From contig JAEWVC010000064.1 in NCBI GenBank assembly GCA_023459275.1, positions 51,630 to 115,629 on the forward strand: 64,000 bases of DNA, read 5' to 3'. Under the pieces are notes generated by a model. The model had not been told where the DNA came from. It did not search any database and saw nothing but the letters and a program-made list of their open reading frames with translations. Both the position numbers and the translations under genes were made by a program. Positions within the stretch are counted from its first letter, which is position 1. Each line of letters begins with the position of its first letter. This DNA comes from Bacillota bacterium (GTDB lineage Bacteria; Bacillota; Clostridia; Christensenellales; Aristaeellaceae). Of this stretch, positions 43,255 through 52,033 are shown one piece after another.

Positions 43255-44358
43255 ATGTTCGGAAGTTGGAAGCGTCGGCTGATCCCCGGCATCCTGATGA
43301 CGGCGGCGGGCATCGCCTCAATCTTTTATGTGAACCGGCTTGAGCAGGACTGGCTGAACAAACTGCTGGCCTGGGTCTTTATCACGGGGGTGCTGGGCGG
43401 GCCGGGCTTTATCGCCTTTGGAATCCGGTTTTTCTTGTACATTGCTGGTATCATGGGTACCCTTGTGCTAATACTGGTGCTGCCAAAGCCTTACTCCTCC
43501 ATTCTGGCCGCCCTGTCGCTGGGCGGGGCGCTGGTTTCTGGAGTCCTTCAGGATCAGAAGAAAAAGCGCACAAAGCCGAAACGGGCTGGCGCGGGCGGGA
43601 AACGGGCCAGCCCGGCAGCCGGGCGGTCAAAGGCCGGCACAAAGCGGCCGCCCTCCCTCCGGTTCACCGCCAGGGAACTTGCCCTGGCATTGAATATCGC
43701 ATCCGTGGCCGTGTTTGTATTTTGCCTGTTCCTGATAGACATCCGCACCTATCCGTATGGTATGGCGCTTTGCCTGGCATTGCCCCCCGCAGGGTTTGCC
43801 GCGTACGCCCTCAAGCCGGGTGTTTATCTGTATGAAAGGAAAGATGAGTCAAAAACCATTAGGGGCAGCATCCTGCTCACGCTTCTTCTGCCCTGCACAG
43901 CCATGCTCCTGCGTTCAAACATGGATCACAATATCATCGACTGGACGCCCGTATGGTACGATACGCTGGGGCTGGCGGTTATCCTGACCGCACTGTTCCT
44001 TTTATATTCCAAGGAATACAAAAAGCGCCGCTCCATCGCTTTCGCCGCGGCGCTTTTTATCCTGTTTTACAGCTACTGTGCGGTGGTGCAGGTCAATTGC
44101 GCCTTTGACCAAGGCGAGCCCGCCCGCCTGGCGGCTGTGGTGGAAAAAATGAACGTCAGCCACAGCAGCCGCTCCCCCGACAGGTATCATGTCCACGTCC
44201 TGATGGAAAATGAAACCCGGGACCTGACTGTGGGCAAGAAGACCTACGGCCAGATCGCCGTAGGCGATGTGGTGGATGTAGAGGTGCGCCCCGGCGTGCT
44301 GGGCATCCGGCATGCATATATCAAGGTGAGCCAGACGGATCAGTCCACCACCAGGTAG
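43255..44358 (+). CDS. hypothetical polytopic membrane protein with Lys/Arg-rich loop
   Basis: GGGAGGAA lies 3-4 nt upstream of the ATG at 43255. The protein has several TM helices, the loop QDQKKKRTKPKRAGAGGKRASPAAGRSKAGTKRPP, and a C-terminal soluble segment (..GQIAVGDVVDVEV..). The ORF-track start at 42967 overlaps the divergent GAF gene. Confidence 0.6.
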   Translation: MFGSWKRRLIPGILMTAAGIASIFYVNRLEQDWLNKLLAWVFITGVLGGPGFIAFGIRFFLYIAGIMGTLVLILVLPKPYSSILAALSLGGALVSGVLQDQKKKRTKPKRAGAGGKRASPAAGRSKAGTKRPPSLRFTARELALALNIASVAVFVFCLFLIDIRTYPYGMALCLALPPAGFAAYALKPGVYLYERKDESKTIRGSILLTLLLPCTAMLLRSNMDHNIIDWTPVWYDTLGLAVILTALFLLYSKEYKKRRSIAFAAALFILFYSYCAVVQVNCAFDQGEPARLAAVVEKMNVSHSSRSPDRYHVHVLMENETRDLTVGKKTYGQIAVGDVVDVEVRPGVLGIRHAYIKVSQTDQSTTR

Positions 44359-45263
44359 CTATTCTCCAGATAATCCCATATAGCTGCCCGGCAGGCATCA
44401 AAATCGATCTCCCGGGTGGACATACCAGCGTAAGTAATGGGGGTATAAGCCCCTTCGAAGGGGACTTGAAGTTCCTCAATCGTCAGGCCACGAAGCTCCA
44501 TGGCATACTGCACGGCTTCGATCATCTCCCCCATGGACAGGTTGGTCAGCAGGCTGTTGTCGAGGATGGCATCCATCAGCTCCAGGGCCTTGTCCATGGT
44601 GATCGTGCGGCATTGGTCGGCCAATGTGGAAAGCACCGTGCGCACGCGCTGGGTGCGCATCAGGTCACCGCCGCCGCCCACCTTGCGGATGCGCATATAG
44701 ATCACCGCCGAATGCCCCCTGAAGTGGTAAGTGCCCGCATACGCCATCCTGGGAACGGTGGAATCCACCGGGATGGCGTAGCGCTTCAGATAAGCGGCCT
44801 CCGTGTTGGTAACGGTGATGTCCACGCCGCCCAGCACATCGATGATGGTTTGGATCTGATTCATATCAAACAAAAGATATTTTTCGATCCGGACACCAAA
44901 ATGGGTGCTGAGCACGCTGCACAGGGCATCCAGCCCATAGTTTTTGGCGATATAGTTGACGCGGCCGATCACGCCGTCCGGGCGTGTGACCAGCATCTCC
45001 CGGCTGAAGGAGGTAAGCATCACCCGTTTGGCGCGGGTGTCCAGCGTCAGGAGCACGATACCATCCGTATTGCCCAGGTTGTTCACCTTGCCGTGCCATT
45101 GGTCCACGCACAGCAGCAGGTAATGGTGCTGCCCCTCCACCACGGGGGGAAGCTGCTCCCAGGGAATAACCGTGATGGGCTTGGGCGTATCGGCCAAAGC
45201 GAGTGGGATGGTACCCAGGCAAAGCAAAAGGGCCAGCAGCAGAGCAATACGGCGCTTGAACAC
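44340..45263 (-). CDS. LytR-CpsA-Psr (LCP) family protein
   Basis: N-terminal anchor RRIALLLALLLCLG, then the LCP core NLGNTDGIVLLTLDTRAKRVMLTSFSRE. GTG at 45263 follows AAGGAGA by 7 nt. Confidence 0.85.
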   Translation of the reverse strand: MFKRRIALLLALLLCLGTIPLALADTPKPITVIPWEQLPPVVEGQHHYLLLCVDQWHGKVNNLGNTDGIVLLTLDTRAKRVMLTSFSREMLVTRPDGVIGRVNYIAKNYGLDALCSVLSTHFGVRIEKYLLFDMNQIQTIIDVLGGVDITVTNTEAAYLKRYAIPVDSTVPRMAYAGTYHFRGHSAVIYMRIRKVGGGGDLMRTQRVRTVLSTLADQCRTITMDKALELMDAILDNSLLTNLSMGEMIEAVQYAMELRGLTIEELQVPFEGAYTPITYAGMSTREIDFDACRAAIWDYLENSYLVVD

Positions 45264-45368
45264 AGCGGATTCTCCTTTATACGATATCAAGGGGTATATC
45301 ACTGGTGATACTAACGGCAGAAAAATCCAGAATCATCCCTCATGAAGGGTGATGATATACCGGGCTTC

Positions 45369-45397
45369 AATATACCACATTTTATACTCCTTGGCAA
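45369..45397 (-). promoter_or_regulatory. candidate promoter of the LCP gene
   Basis: Minus strand: TTGCCA (45397-45392), a 17-nt spacer, then TATATT (45374-45369) with TGG immediately upstream. Confidence 0.5.
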
Positions 45398-45432
45398 AGA
45401 AAAGGATAGAGGCATTTGTAAAACCTCTATCC
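45394..45432 (-). terminator. rho-independent terminator after serA
   Basis: Minus strand: GGATAGAGG-ttttacaaatg-CCTCTATCC followed by TTTTCTTTGC. A G/C-arm hairpin (45506-45537) lies between the serA stop and this terminator. Confidence 0.65.
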
Positions 45433-45564
45433 CGGATGGCAATCGGCCCCTTGCAGAAAGACCCAGTCAATTTCCCCCATATGAAGTTTTTAAGGGAGGG
45501 GTGCAGGGAGGGGAATTTTTACAAAAGCTCCCCTCCCCGCCAAAATAATCATCCCGCCTCCCCC

Positions 45565-46737
45565 TCAGCGCCAATACCGCACCTTGATAACGCCGGGCTG
45601 GGCGTTAAGCTCCGCCACCAGTTCCTCGGTGGGCACCTGGCTCAATTCCATGACGGTGACGGCCATTTCCTTCAGGCTTTTGTTGATCATGTTGTTGATG
45701 TTGATGCCCTCTCTGGAAATGGCGGCGGAAATACTGCTGACCATGTTGGGCACGTTGTCATGGATAAGCAGGATACGGCAGCCCTCCGGCTGGCCGGAAA
45801 GTACGATCTCCGGCATGTTGACGCTGTTGCGGATGGTGCCTGTTTCCAGATAATCCCGAAGCTGCGCGGCAGCCATGCGGGCGCAGTTCTCCTCACTCTC
45901 CGGGGTAGATGCTCCCAGATGGGGGATGCAGATGACGTTTTTCACACCCAGCATATCGTCGGTGGGAAAGTCCGTCACATAGCCGCCAAGCTTCCCTGCG
46001 GCGATGGCTGTACGGCAGGCTTCGCCGTCCACCAGTTCGGCACGGCTGAAGTTCAAAAGGCGTGCGCCCGTTTTCATCTGGCCGATGAGCGCATGGTTGA
46101 ACATGTTTTTCGTATTGGCGCTCAGCGGCACGTGCACGGTGACATAGTCGGACTTCTGCAAAAGCTCCTCCAGGGAGGCAGCGCGCTTGATGGCCCGGGA
46201 CAGGGACCAGGCGTGCTCCACGGTGATGAAGGGGTCCAGGCCGATGACCTCCATCCCCAAGCCGTTTGCGGCGCTGTTGGCCACCAGCGCGCCGATGGCT
46301 CCCAAGCCGATGACGCCCAGGGTCTTGCCCCTAAGTTCCGGCCCCACGAACTGCCCTTTTCCCTTTTCCACCAGTTTGGCCACAGCCTCCCCCTGGCCCT
46401 TCAGGGAAGCGGCCCACTGGATGCCCCCAAAGATATCGCGGCTGCACAGAAGCAGGCCGGACATCACCAATTCCGCCACGGCATTGGCGTTGGCGCCGGG
46501 TGTGTTGAACACCACCACGCCCCGCCTGCTCATGGCGTCGATGGGGATATTGTTGACGCCGGCTCCCGCCCGGGCGATGGCCAGCAGGCTGCCGGGCAGG
46601 TTCATAGTGTGCATGTCGGCACTGCGCACCAGAACGGCGTCAGGGACAGGCTCGTCCCGTGTGACGGTGTACTGATCGGCGGAAAGCTGGCTGTGAATGA
46701 TATCGGAAATCTCGTTGAGTGTTTGGATCTTGTACAT
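45565..46737 (-). CDS. serA: D-3-phosphoglycerate dehydrogenase
   Basis: 2-hydroxyacid dehydrogenase fold (GKTLGVIGLGAIG; HVPL; PHLGAST) plus a C-terminal ACT-like region. It lies downstream of serC. Confidence 0.9.
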   Translation of the reverse strand: MYKIQTLNEISDIIHSQLSADQYTVTRDEPVPDAVLVRSADMHTMNLPGSLLAIARAGAGVNNIPIDAMSRRGVVVFNTPGANANAVAELVMSGLLLCSRDIFGGIQWAASLKGQGEAVAKLVEKGKGQFVGPELRGKTLGVIGLGAIGALVANSAANGLGMEVIGLDPFITVEHAWSLSRAIKRAASLEELLQKSDYVTVHVPLSANTKNMFNHALIGQMKTGARLLNFSRAELVDGEACRTAIAAGKLGGYVTDFPTDDMLGVKNVICIPHLGASTPESEENCARMAAAQLRDYLETGTIRNSVNMPEIVLSGQPEGCRILLIHDNVPNMVSSISAAISREGININNMINKSLKEMAVTVMELSQVPTEELVAELNAQPGVIKVRYWR

Positions 46738-46783
46738 AAGGCGCGCTCCTTACTCTCACTTCTGATTCTATCAATAGGGATTT

Positions 46784-46826
46784 CCAAGGGATCGATCCCT
46801 TGGGCGGGGTCCAGAGCAGCACCCCC
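46784..46826 (-). repeat. bipartite REP-like element, copy 2 (right after the serC stop)
   Basis: 20-bp perfect palindrome CCAAGGGATCGATCCCTTGG, then GCGGGGT, then CCAGAGCAGCACCCCC. It has the same architecture and orientation as copy 1. Confidence 0.7.
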
Positions 46827-46828
46827 GA

Positions 46829-47911
46829 TTACTTGTTTCCCTGCTCGAACTTCTTCATAAAATCCACCAGAGCCTTCACGCCTTCCAGAGGCATGGCGTT
46901 GTAGATGCTGGCGCGCATGCCGCCAACAGAACGGTGGCCTTTCAGATTGACCAGGCCGTTCTTCGCGGCCTCTTTGACGAACAGGTCGTCCGTTTCCTCG
47001 CTGCCGGTTACAAAGGTCACGTTCATGCGGCTGCGGCAGGCCTTTTGGGCTGTGGGCTTGAAGAGCCTGCTCTCCTCAAGATAACCGTAGAGAAGGTCTG
47101 CCTTCTCCGTGTTGATCTTCTCGATGGCGGGAACGCCGCCCAGATCCTTCAGCCACTGGAAGCCCAGTTTGGCCAGGTAGATACCGTAGGTGTTGGGGGT
47201 GTTGTACATGCTGCCGGCTTTGGCTTCCACTTCCCAGTTGAGCAGCTTCGGGCAAAGGGGGTTTGCGCGGCCCAGCAGGTTTTTTTTCACGATCACCACG
47301 CACAGGCCGCTGGGGCCGATGTTCTTCTGCGCACCGGCGTACAGAACACCGAATTTAGAAATATCGTAGACCTCGCTCAGGATATTGCTGCTGGCGTCAG
47401 CCACCAGCGGTACGCTGCCCGTATCGGGCAGCGTTGTGTACCGTGTGCCGTAAATAGTGTTGTTGGTGGTGATATGGCAGTAATCCGCTTCGGGGTCAAG
47501 GGCTGAAGCCTTGATTTCGGGCACATAGGCATAGTTGTCCGCCCGGCTGGAGGCGGCAATGTTTACCGTGCCGTAGCGGGACGCTTCCTCCGCCGCCAGG
47601 TGGGCGAAGTTGCCGCTGTCGATATAATCCGCCTTTTTGCTGCCGGTTAAAAGGTTCAGCGGCACGGCGGAAAATTGCAAAGTGGCGCCGCCCTGCAGGA
47701 AAAGCACCTCATATTCCTCCGGGATGGCCATCAGCTCCCGCAGGAGCGCGACCGCCGCATCGTAGATCTCCAGGTACATCTTGCTGCGGTGGCTCATCTC
47801 CATTACCGACATGCCTGTCTGCCCATAGGCAACAAGCTCCTGCTGGGCTTTTTGCAAAACGGGCAGCGGCAGCATGGCGGGACCCGGGGCATAATTGTAG
47901 ACGCGCTCCAT
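46829..47911 (-). CDS. serC: phosphoserine aminotransferase
   Basis: The N-terminus YNYAPGPAMLP, FLQGGATLQF and GAQKNIGPSGL (PLP-Lys) are SerC signatures. AGGAGG lies 8 nt upstream of the ATG at 47911. Confidence 0.92.
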   Translation of the reverse strand: MERVYNYAPGPAMLPLPVLQKAQQELVAYGQTGMSVMEMSHRSKMYLEIYDAAVALLRELMAIPEEYEVLFLQGGATLQFSAVPLNLLTGSKKADYIDSGNFAHLAAEEASRYGTVNIAASSRADNYAYVPEIKASALDPEADYCHITTNNTIYGTRYTTLPDTGSVPLVADASSNILSEVYDISKFGVLYAGAQKNIGPSGLCVVIVKKNLLGRANPLCPKLLNWEVEAKAGSMYNTPNTYGIYLAKLGFQWLKDLGGVPAIEKINTEKADLLYGYLEESRLFKPTAQKACRSRMNVTFVTGSEETDDLFVKEAAKNGLVNLKGHRSVGGMRASIYNAMPLEGVKALVDFMKKFEQGNK

Positions 47912-48017
47912 AAAACAGCCTCCTTGCATTTTTTCCCTTTCAAACACTGGATCGGATCATTCCCGATCTATGTGGGACGTTTTTTGCCCTGTGGGCAAAT
48001 AATGAACCAATGCCTTT

Positions 48018-48046
48018 ATTATGCTGTTTCCCATGCAAAATTGCAA
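48018..48046 (-). promoter_or_regulatory. candidate promoter of serC-serA
   Basis: Minus strand: TTGCAA (48046-48041), a 17-nt spacer, then CATAAT (48023-48018). Confidence 0.45.
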
Positions 48047-48101
48047 GAGGGGAACAGCAAAAAAACATCCCAACTTGCCGGTATACGCATTCTGCACCGC
48101 C

Positions 48102-48130
48102 TTGACAGCCGGGGGATGCTCTGCTATACT
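48102..48130 (+). promoter_or_regulatory. candidate promoter of the GH13 gene
   Basis: TTGACA (48102-48107), a 17-nt spacer, then TATACT (48125-48130). Confidence 0.55.
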
Positions 48131-48133
48131 CCA

Positions 48134-48147
48134 TGCAAACGATTGCA
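48134..48147. promoter_or_regulatory. cre / LacI-family (MalR-type) operator
   Basis: ATGCAAACGATTGCA fits the cre consensus WTGNAANCGNWNNCW at every specified position. It starts 3 nt after the -10 box. Confidence 0.55.
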
Positions 48148-48190
48148 TTTCCATCGTTTGTTTTGTTTTTGCAAGAGGAGGAATCCCTTC

Positions 48191-49954
48191 ATGAAAAGCC
48201 TCGACCTTGGCGCCATCTATCACCAGCCCTGGCTGGAATACCGGCACGCGCTGAAGGACGGCCGAGTATGCATACGCATCCGCACCGGGAGGGAGGATTG
48301 GGAAAGCGGCGAGCTGTGGGCGGCCGACATGTATGGGGAAGGCCCTTCCATGGCGCGGGCCCAAAAGCTGCCCATGGAAAGGATGTGGCGGGACGAGAGC
48401 CATGACTGGTATGAATGCGTATTTGCCCCCTCCGACCCGCGGATCCATTACTTGTTCCAATTATCAAAAGAGGGATTTTCCCTGATGGTGGATCAAGACG
48501 GCATCTATCCCAAGGGAACAAAAGCGCCGGAGGACATGGTACCCTTCCCCTTCGCCTATGCCTACCCCGCGCAGGCGAAGCCGGCTTGGGCCAGGGGCTG
48601 TGTGGGATACCAGATTTTCCCCGACAGGTTCCGGCGGGCGGAGCAGGAGCCGGAAGCCCAGCCTGTGGAGCCCTGGGATTCCACAAGGTATGCCAATGAA
48701 TTCAGGTTCGGAGGCAATTTGAATGGCATCCGCCAGGCGGTGCCCTATTTGAAGGAGCTTGGCGTCGGGGTCGTCTATATGACGCCCATCTTTGCAAGCA
48801 ATACCTCCCACCGGTACAACACCTTCGATTATTTTACGGTGGACCCGCTGCTGGGCACGCTGAAAGATTTGCAAGCCCTTTCGGACGAATTGCATGCCGC
48901 GGGCATCCGCATTGTGCTGGACGGGGTGTTCAACCACTGCGGCACAAAGTTCCCGCCCTTTGTGGACGCCCAGGAGAAAGGACTGGACAGCGAATATTTC
49001 GACTGGTTCTTTTTCGACCGGGAAAAATGCCCCTGCGGTTATCTGACCTTTGGCCACACGCCGGAGATGCCCAAGCTGAACCTGAAGAACGAAGCCGCAG
49101 CCGCCTATTTCATACAGGTGGGCACCTATTGGATCACAAAAGCCCATGTGGACGGCTGGCGGCTGGATGTTTCTCCGGAGGTATGGCCGGATTTCTGGCG
49201 GCAGTTCCGGCGTGCGGTTTTTTTGGAAAACCCGGACGCGCTGCTGGTGGCGGAGTGCTGGGACGACTCCCGCCAGTGGGTGACCCAGGGAGACATGTTT
49301 GACGGCACGATGCATTACGTGCTGTCCAGGGCCGTTTGGCTGTATTTCGCGGAGCGGAAGATCAGCCTGCAGGAGTTCGACTTCCGGGTGAACCGGGCCA
49401 TGGCCATGTACCCCGAGGCGGTGCAGGAGGTTTTGTGGAACTTCCTGGGCAGCCACGACACGCCCAGGTTCATTACCAGGGCGGAGGGAGACGAGAGCCG
49501 GCTGAAGGCGGCCGTGTTTTTTCAGATGACCCATCCTGGTGTGCCCATCATCTACTATGGGGACGAATTGGGGCTGATGGGCGGACCGGACCCGGACTGC
49601 CGCCGTCCCATGCCCTGGGATAAGGCGGAGGGAAACCCGTTGCTGGCTTTCTATAAGCGGCTGACCGCCCTGCGGGGCAGCAGCGAAGCGCTGCGCCTGG
49701 GCACTTTTCAAACATGGCGCGTGAAAGAGAACGGCCTGTACGCCTACTTGCGCAGGAGCGAAACCCAGGAGGTATTGGTGGTCCTGAACACATCGGACAC
49801 AGCTGCGGACGGCATGGTTGACCTTCCCAAGGCTTTTCAGGGCAGGGAAACATGGACGGACAGCGTTTCCAGTAAACCACTCCCCGTGACAGGCGGATCT
49901 GTCCGGGCAGTGCTTTCGCCCGGAGAGGGGCTCGTGCTGCTCAGGGAAATCTGA
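48191..49954 (+). CDS. GH13 alpha-amylase family enzyme (neopullulanase/cyclomaltodextrinase-type, cytoplasmic)
   Basis: GH13 conserved regions DGVFNHCG, GWRLDVSPE, LVAECWD and FLGSHDTPRF, with an N-terminal amylase-N-type domain and no signal peptide. GGAGGAA lies upstream of the ATG at 48191. Confidence 0.9.
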   Translation: MKSLDLGAIYHQPWLEYRHALKDGRVCIRIRTGREDWESGELWAADMYGEGPSMARAQKLPMERMWRDESHDWYECVFAPSDPRIHYLFQLSKEGFSLMVDQDGIYPKGTKAPEDMVPFPFAYAYPAQAKPAWARGCVGYQIFPDRFRRAEQEPEAQPVEPWDSTRYANEFRFGGNLNGIRQAVPYLKELGVGVVYMTPIFASNTSHRYNTFDYFTVDPLLGTLKDLQALSDELHAAGIRIVLDGVFNHCGTKFPPFVDAQEKGLDSEYFDWFFFDREKCPCGYLTFGHTPEMPKLNLKNEAAAAYFIQVGTYWITKAHVDGWRLDVSPEVWPDFWRQFRRAVFLENPDALLVAECWDDSRQWVTQGDMFDGTMHYVLSRAVWLYFAERKISLQEFDFRVNRAMAMYPEAVQEVLWNFLGSHDTPRFITRAEGDESRLKAAVFFQMTHPGVPIIYYGDELGLMGGPDPDCRRPMPWDKAEGNPLLAFYKRLTALRGSSEALRLGTFQTWRVKENGLYAYLRRSETQEVLVVLNTSDTAADGMVDLPKAFQGRETWTDSVSSKPLPVTGGSVRAVLSPGEGLVLLREI

Positions 49955-50096
49955 TATGCGCTTACGCGGTTCCATCCTTTGCATGCTGAGGGCAGGGAGA
50001 GCATTCGCCCGCCCTAAGTCACTTCCTTCTATTTTCCCTTCATCCGGCTGTTGCACTTGCAGTGTACATTCGGCCGCAGGATTCCTGACAGTCTGA

Positions 50097-50120
50097 AGCG
50101 GCGGGTGATAGCCCGCCGCT
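50097..50120. terminator. hairpin between the convergent GH13 and ABC exporter genes
   Basis: AGCGGCGGG-tgatag-CCCGCCGCT, followed on the plus strand by TTCATGTTT. Confidence 0.5.
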
Positions 50121-50155
50121 TTCATGTTTGGAATGGGCAGCATCCGGCATCGTTC

Positions 50156-52033
50156 CTATTTCCCGGCCCCATCCACATAATGCTGCGCCTGGGCGTTCCA
50201 GAGGGTGGCATACAGGCCCTGCGCGTCGCAAAGCAGCGCCGCGTGGCCGCCGTGCTGCAGAAGGCGCCCGTTTTCGAAAACGGCGATCTCATCGCAAAAG
50301 CGGCAGGAAGAAAGCCGGTGGGAGATAAAGATTGCGGTACGGCCGCCAATGGTTTTATCAAAGGTGGAATACACCTCAAATTCAGCGATAGGGTCCAGCG
50401 CCGCCGTCGGCTCATCCAGCACGACCATCGGCGCGTTTTTGTACAGTGCCCTGGCCAGCGCAATCTTCTGGGCCTCGCCGCCGGATATTTGAACCCCGTC
50501 CTCGTCGAAGTTTTTGTACAGCGTGCTGTCAATGCCCTCCGGCATGCGTTTGAGCCGCTGGGCAAAGCCCGCGTCATCCAAGCATTGCTCCGCCTTTTGA
50601 TTGTCCGGAGTGCCGGATACCGCCACGTTTTGGGAAAGCGGCAGGGGAAACAGCTTGAAATCCTGGAACACCACGGAAAACAGCGCGTGATACTGGGCAT
50701 AGTCATAGGTTTTGATGTCCGCGCCGTTAAGAAGGATCTCTCCTTCCGTGGGATCATACAGGCGGCACAGCAGCTTCACCAGGGTGGTCTTGCCGCTTCC
50801 GTTGGGCCCCACGATGGCCAGCCGCTTTCCGGCCCGCAGGGTAAGATTCACGTGCCGGAGCACAAACGCTTGCGTTCCGGGATAACGGAAGGAAACATCG
50901 CGGAACTCAAAGACCAGGTCCCGTCCATCAAGGGGCGGAACGGCCTGCGTTCCCTTCTGGATCAAGGGAGGCATCTTTATATAGTCCAGCAGGGGCTTTA
51001 CATATTCGGCGTTGTTCATCAGCTGCGCCCAGTCGGATACCAGCGAACCCAAAGCGGCGGAAAGCGCAGCAATGGCCCCCACATACCTAAGAACGTCGCC
51101 GATCTCATACATGCCCACCATGGCCCGAAGGCCGATCAGCAGGTACGTGCCGCCGCTGACCGCCGCCTGCATGGCGCTGCTCAGCCCGTTTTCCCGCCCC
51201 ATAAAGCGGAAGAACCGGAACCAGGCCCGCGTATCGAACGCCTGCTCAAAAATGCGCATCAGCGCCGGCTGCTGGCCGTAAAGGCGGATGTCCTTGGCCG
51301 CCTCGTCCGCTTCCAGGTACTTGTTGTAATACCAGGCCGATGTGTTCGATTTTGCGTTTTCCCTGAACACCTCCTGCAGCATGCCATTTTCCTTGCGCTG
51401 GTACAGCGCCGTCAGCACAAGCCCGGCAGCCATCAGCCCGGCCAATAGAAGCGCGGCCCAGGGAGAGGTGGCAAAGCTGCGCACGTACACCGCTTTGGAA
51501 GAAAACAGGCCGGAAAGCATCAAAAGAGCGAAGACCAGTCCGAAAAAATTCTGCGCCACGGGCTGTATGCGAAAAAAACAGCCAAAAAGGCCAAGGCCAT
51601 TGCCCACCATTTTGGTATTCATGTCCGCCAGCTTTTCATGAAGCCCGCTGTCCTCGGTGTAGGCATAATCCATCTGGGCAAATTGCTCCGCAATCAGAAG
51701 GTTGATCCTGGGAGCGGCCAGGGAATCGCGGCTCAGTTCAACAGTGCGGGACAGATAGGCATTAACCACCGTGATCAAAAGCGTGGAAAGAACCGCGCCG
51801 CCGGCGTAAAGGGTGATCGACCGGATATCCCGCGTTCCTGCCAGAACGTTCAGGATCCGGGAAGAAAAGAATAGCACGGCGATGGGCTGCAGCGCGGTGA
51901 GAAAAGACAATGCCAGCAGGCATGGAAAATAGGAAGGTGTGGTCTTGGCGATGATGCGGCTGCCCTCGAATGTTATGCGCAGGCTTGCCCCAAGGCCAAG
52001 CCTTTTTTTCGTATCCCGCTGCCTTTCAGCCAT
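50156..52033 (-). CDS. ABC exporter, fused permease/ATPase (heterodimer partner B)
   Basis: N-terminal 6-TM domain plus an NBD (GPNGSGKTT, LSGGEAQKIALARAL, VVLDEPTAALD). ATG at 52033 overlaps the upstream stop by 8 nt. Confidence 0.88.
   Translation of the reverse strand: MAERQRDTKKRLGLGASLRITFEGSRIIAKTTPSYFPCLLALSFLTALQPIAVLFFSSRILNVLAGTRDIRSITLYAGGAVLSTLLITVVNAYLSRTVELSRDSLAAPRINLLIAEQFAQMDYAYTEDSGLHEKLADMNTKMVGNGLGLFGCFFRIQPVAQNFFGLVFALLMLSGLFSSKAVYVRSFATSPWAALLLAGLMAAGLVLTALYQRKENGMLQEVFRENAKSNTSAWYYNKYLEADEAAKDIRLYGQQPALMRIFEQAFDTRAWFRFFRFMGRENGLSSAMQAAVSGGTYLLIGLRAMVGMYEIGDVLRYVGAIAALSAALGSLVSDWAQLMNNAEYVKPLLDYIKMPPLIQKGTQAVPPLDGRDLVFEFRDVSFRYPGTQAFVLRHVNLTLRAGKRLAIVGPNGSGKTTLVKLLCRLYDPTEGEILLNGADIKTYDYAQYHALFSVVFQDFKLFPLPLSQNVAVSGTPDNQKAEQCLDDAGFAQRLKRMPEGIDSTLYKNFDEDGVQISGGEAQKIALARALYKNAPMVVLDEPTAALDPIAEFEVYSTFDKTIGGRTAIFISHRLSSCRFCDEIAVFENGRLLQHGGHAALLCDAQGLYATLWNAQAQHYVDGAGK

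Noticed and set aside
44340-44358. The 19-nt convergent overlap of the membrane protein and LCP gene 3' ends as a regulatory antisense feature.
   Set aside because: Short convergent overlaps are common in compact genomes, and I saw no associated structure or motif.
47675-48190. N-terminal extensions of ORF-track entries. Examples: 47675..49954, 42967..44358, 59635..61005, 52026..54134, 13292..14332, 39976..40587, 32207..33172.
   Set aside because: The extensions overlap divergent genes, promoters or terminators and lack SDs. Internal starts with good SDs give proteins of canonical length and N-termini.
48464-50143. A 559-aa minus-strand ORF opposite the GH13 gene.
   Set aside because: The plus-strand frame contains all four GH13 conserved regions, and the minus frame has no recognisable features.
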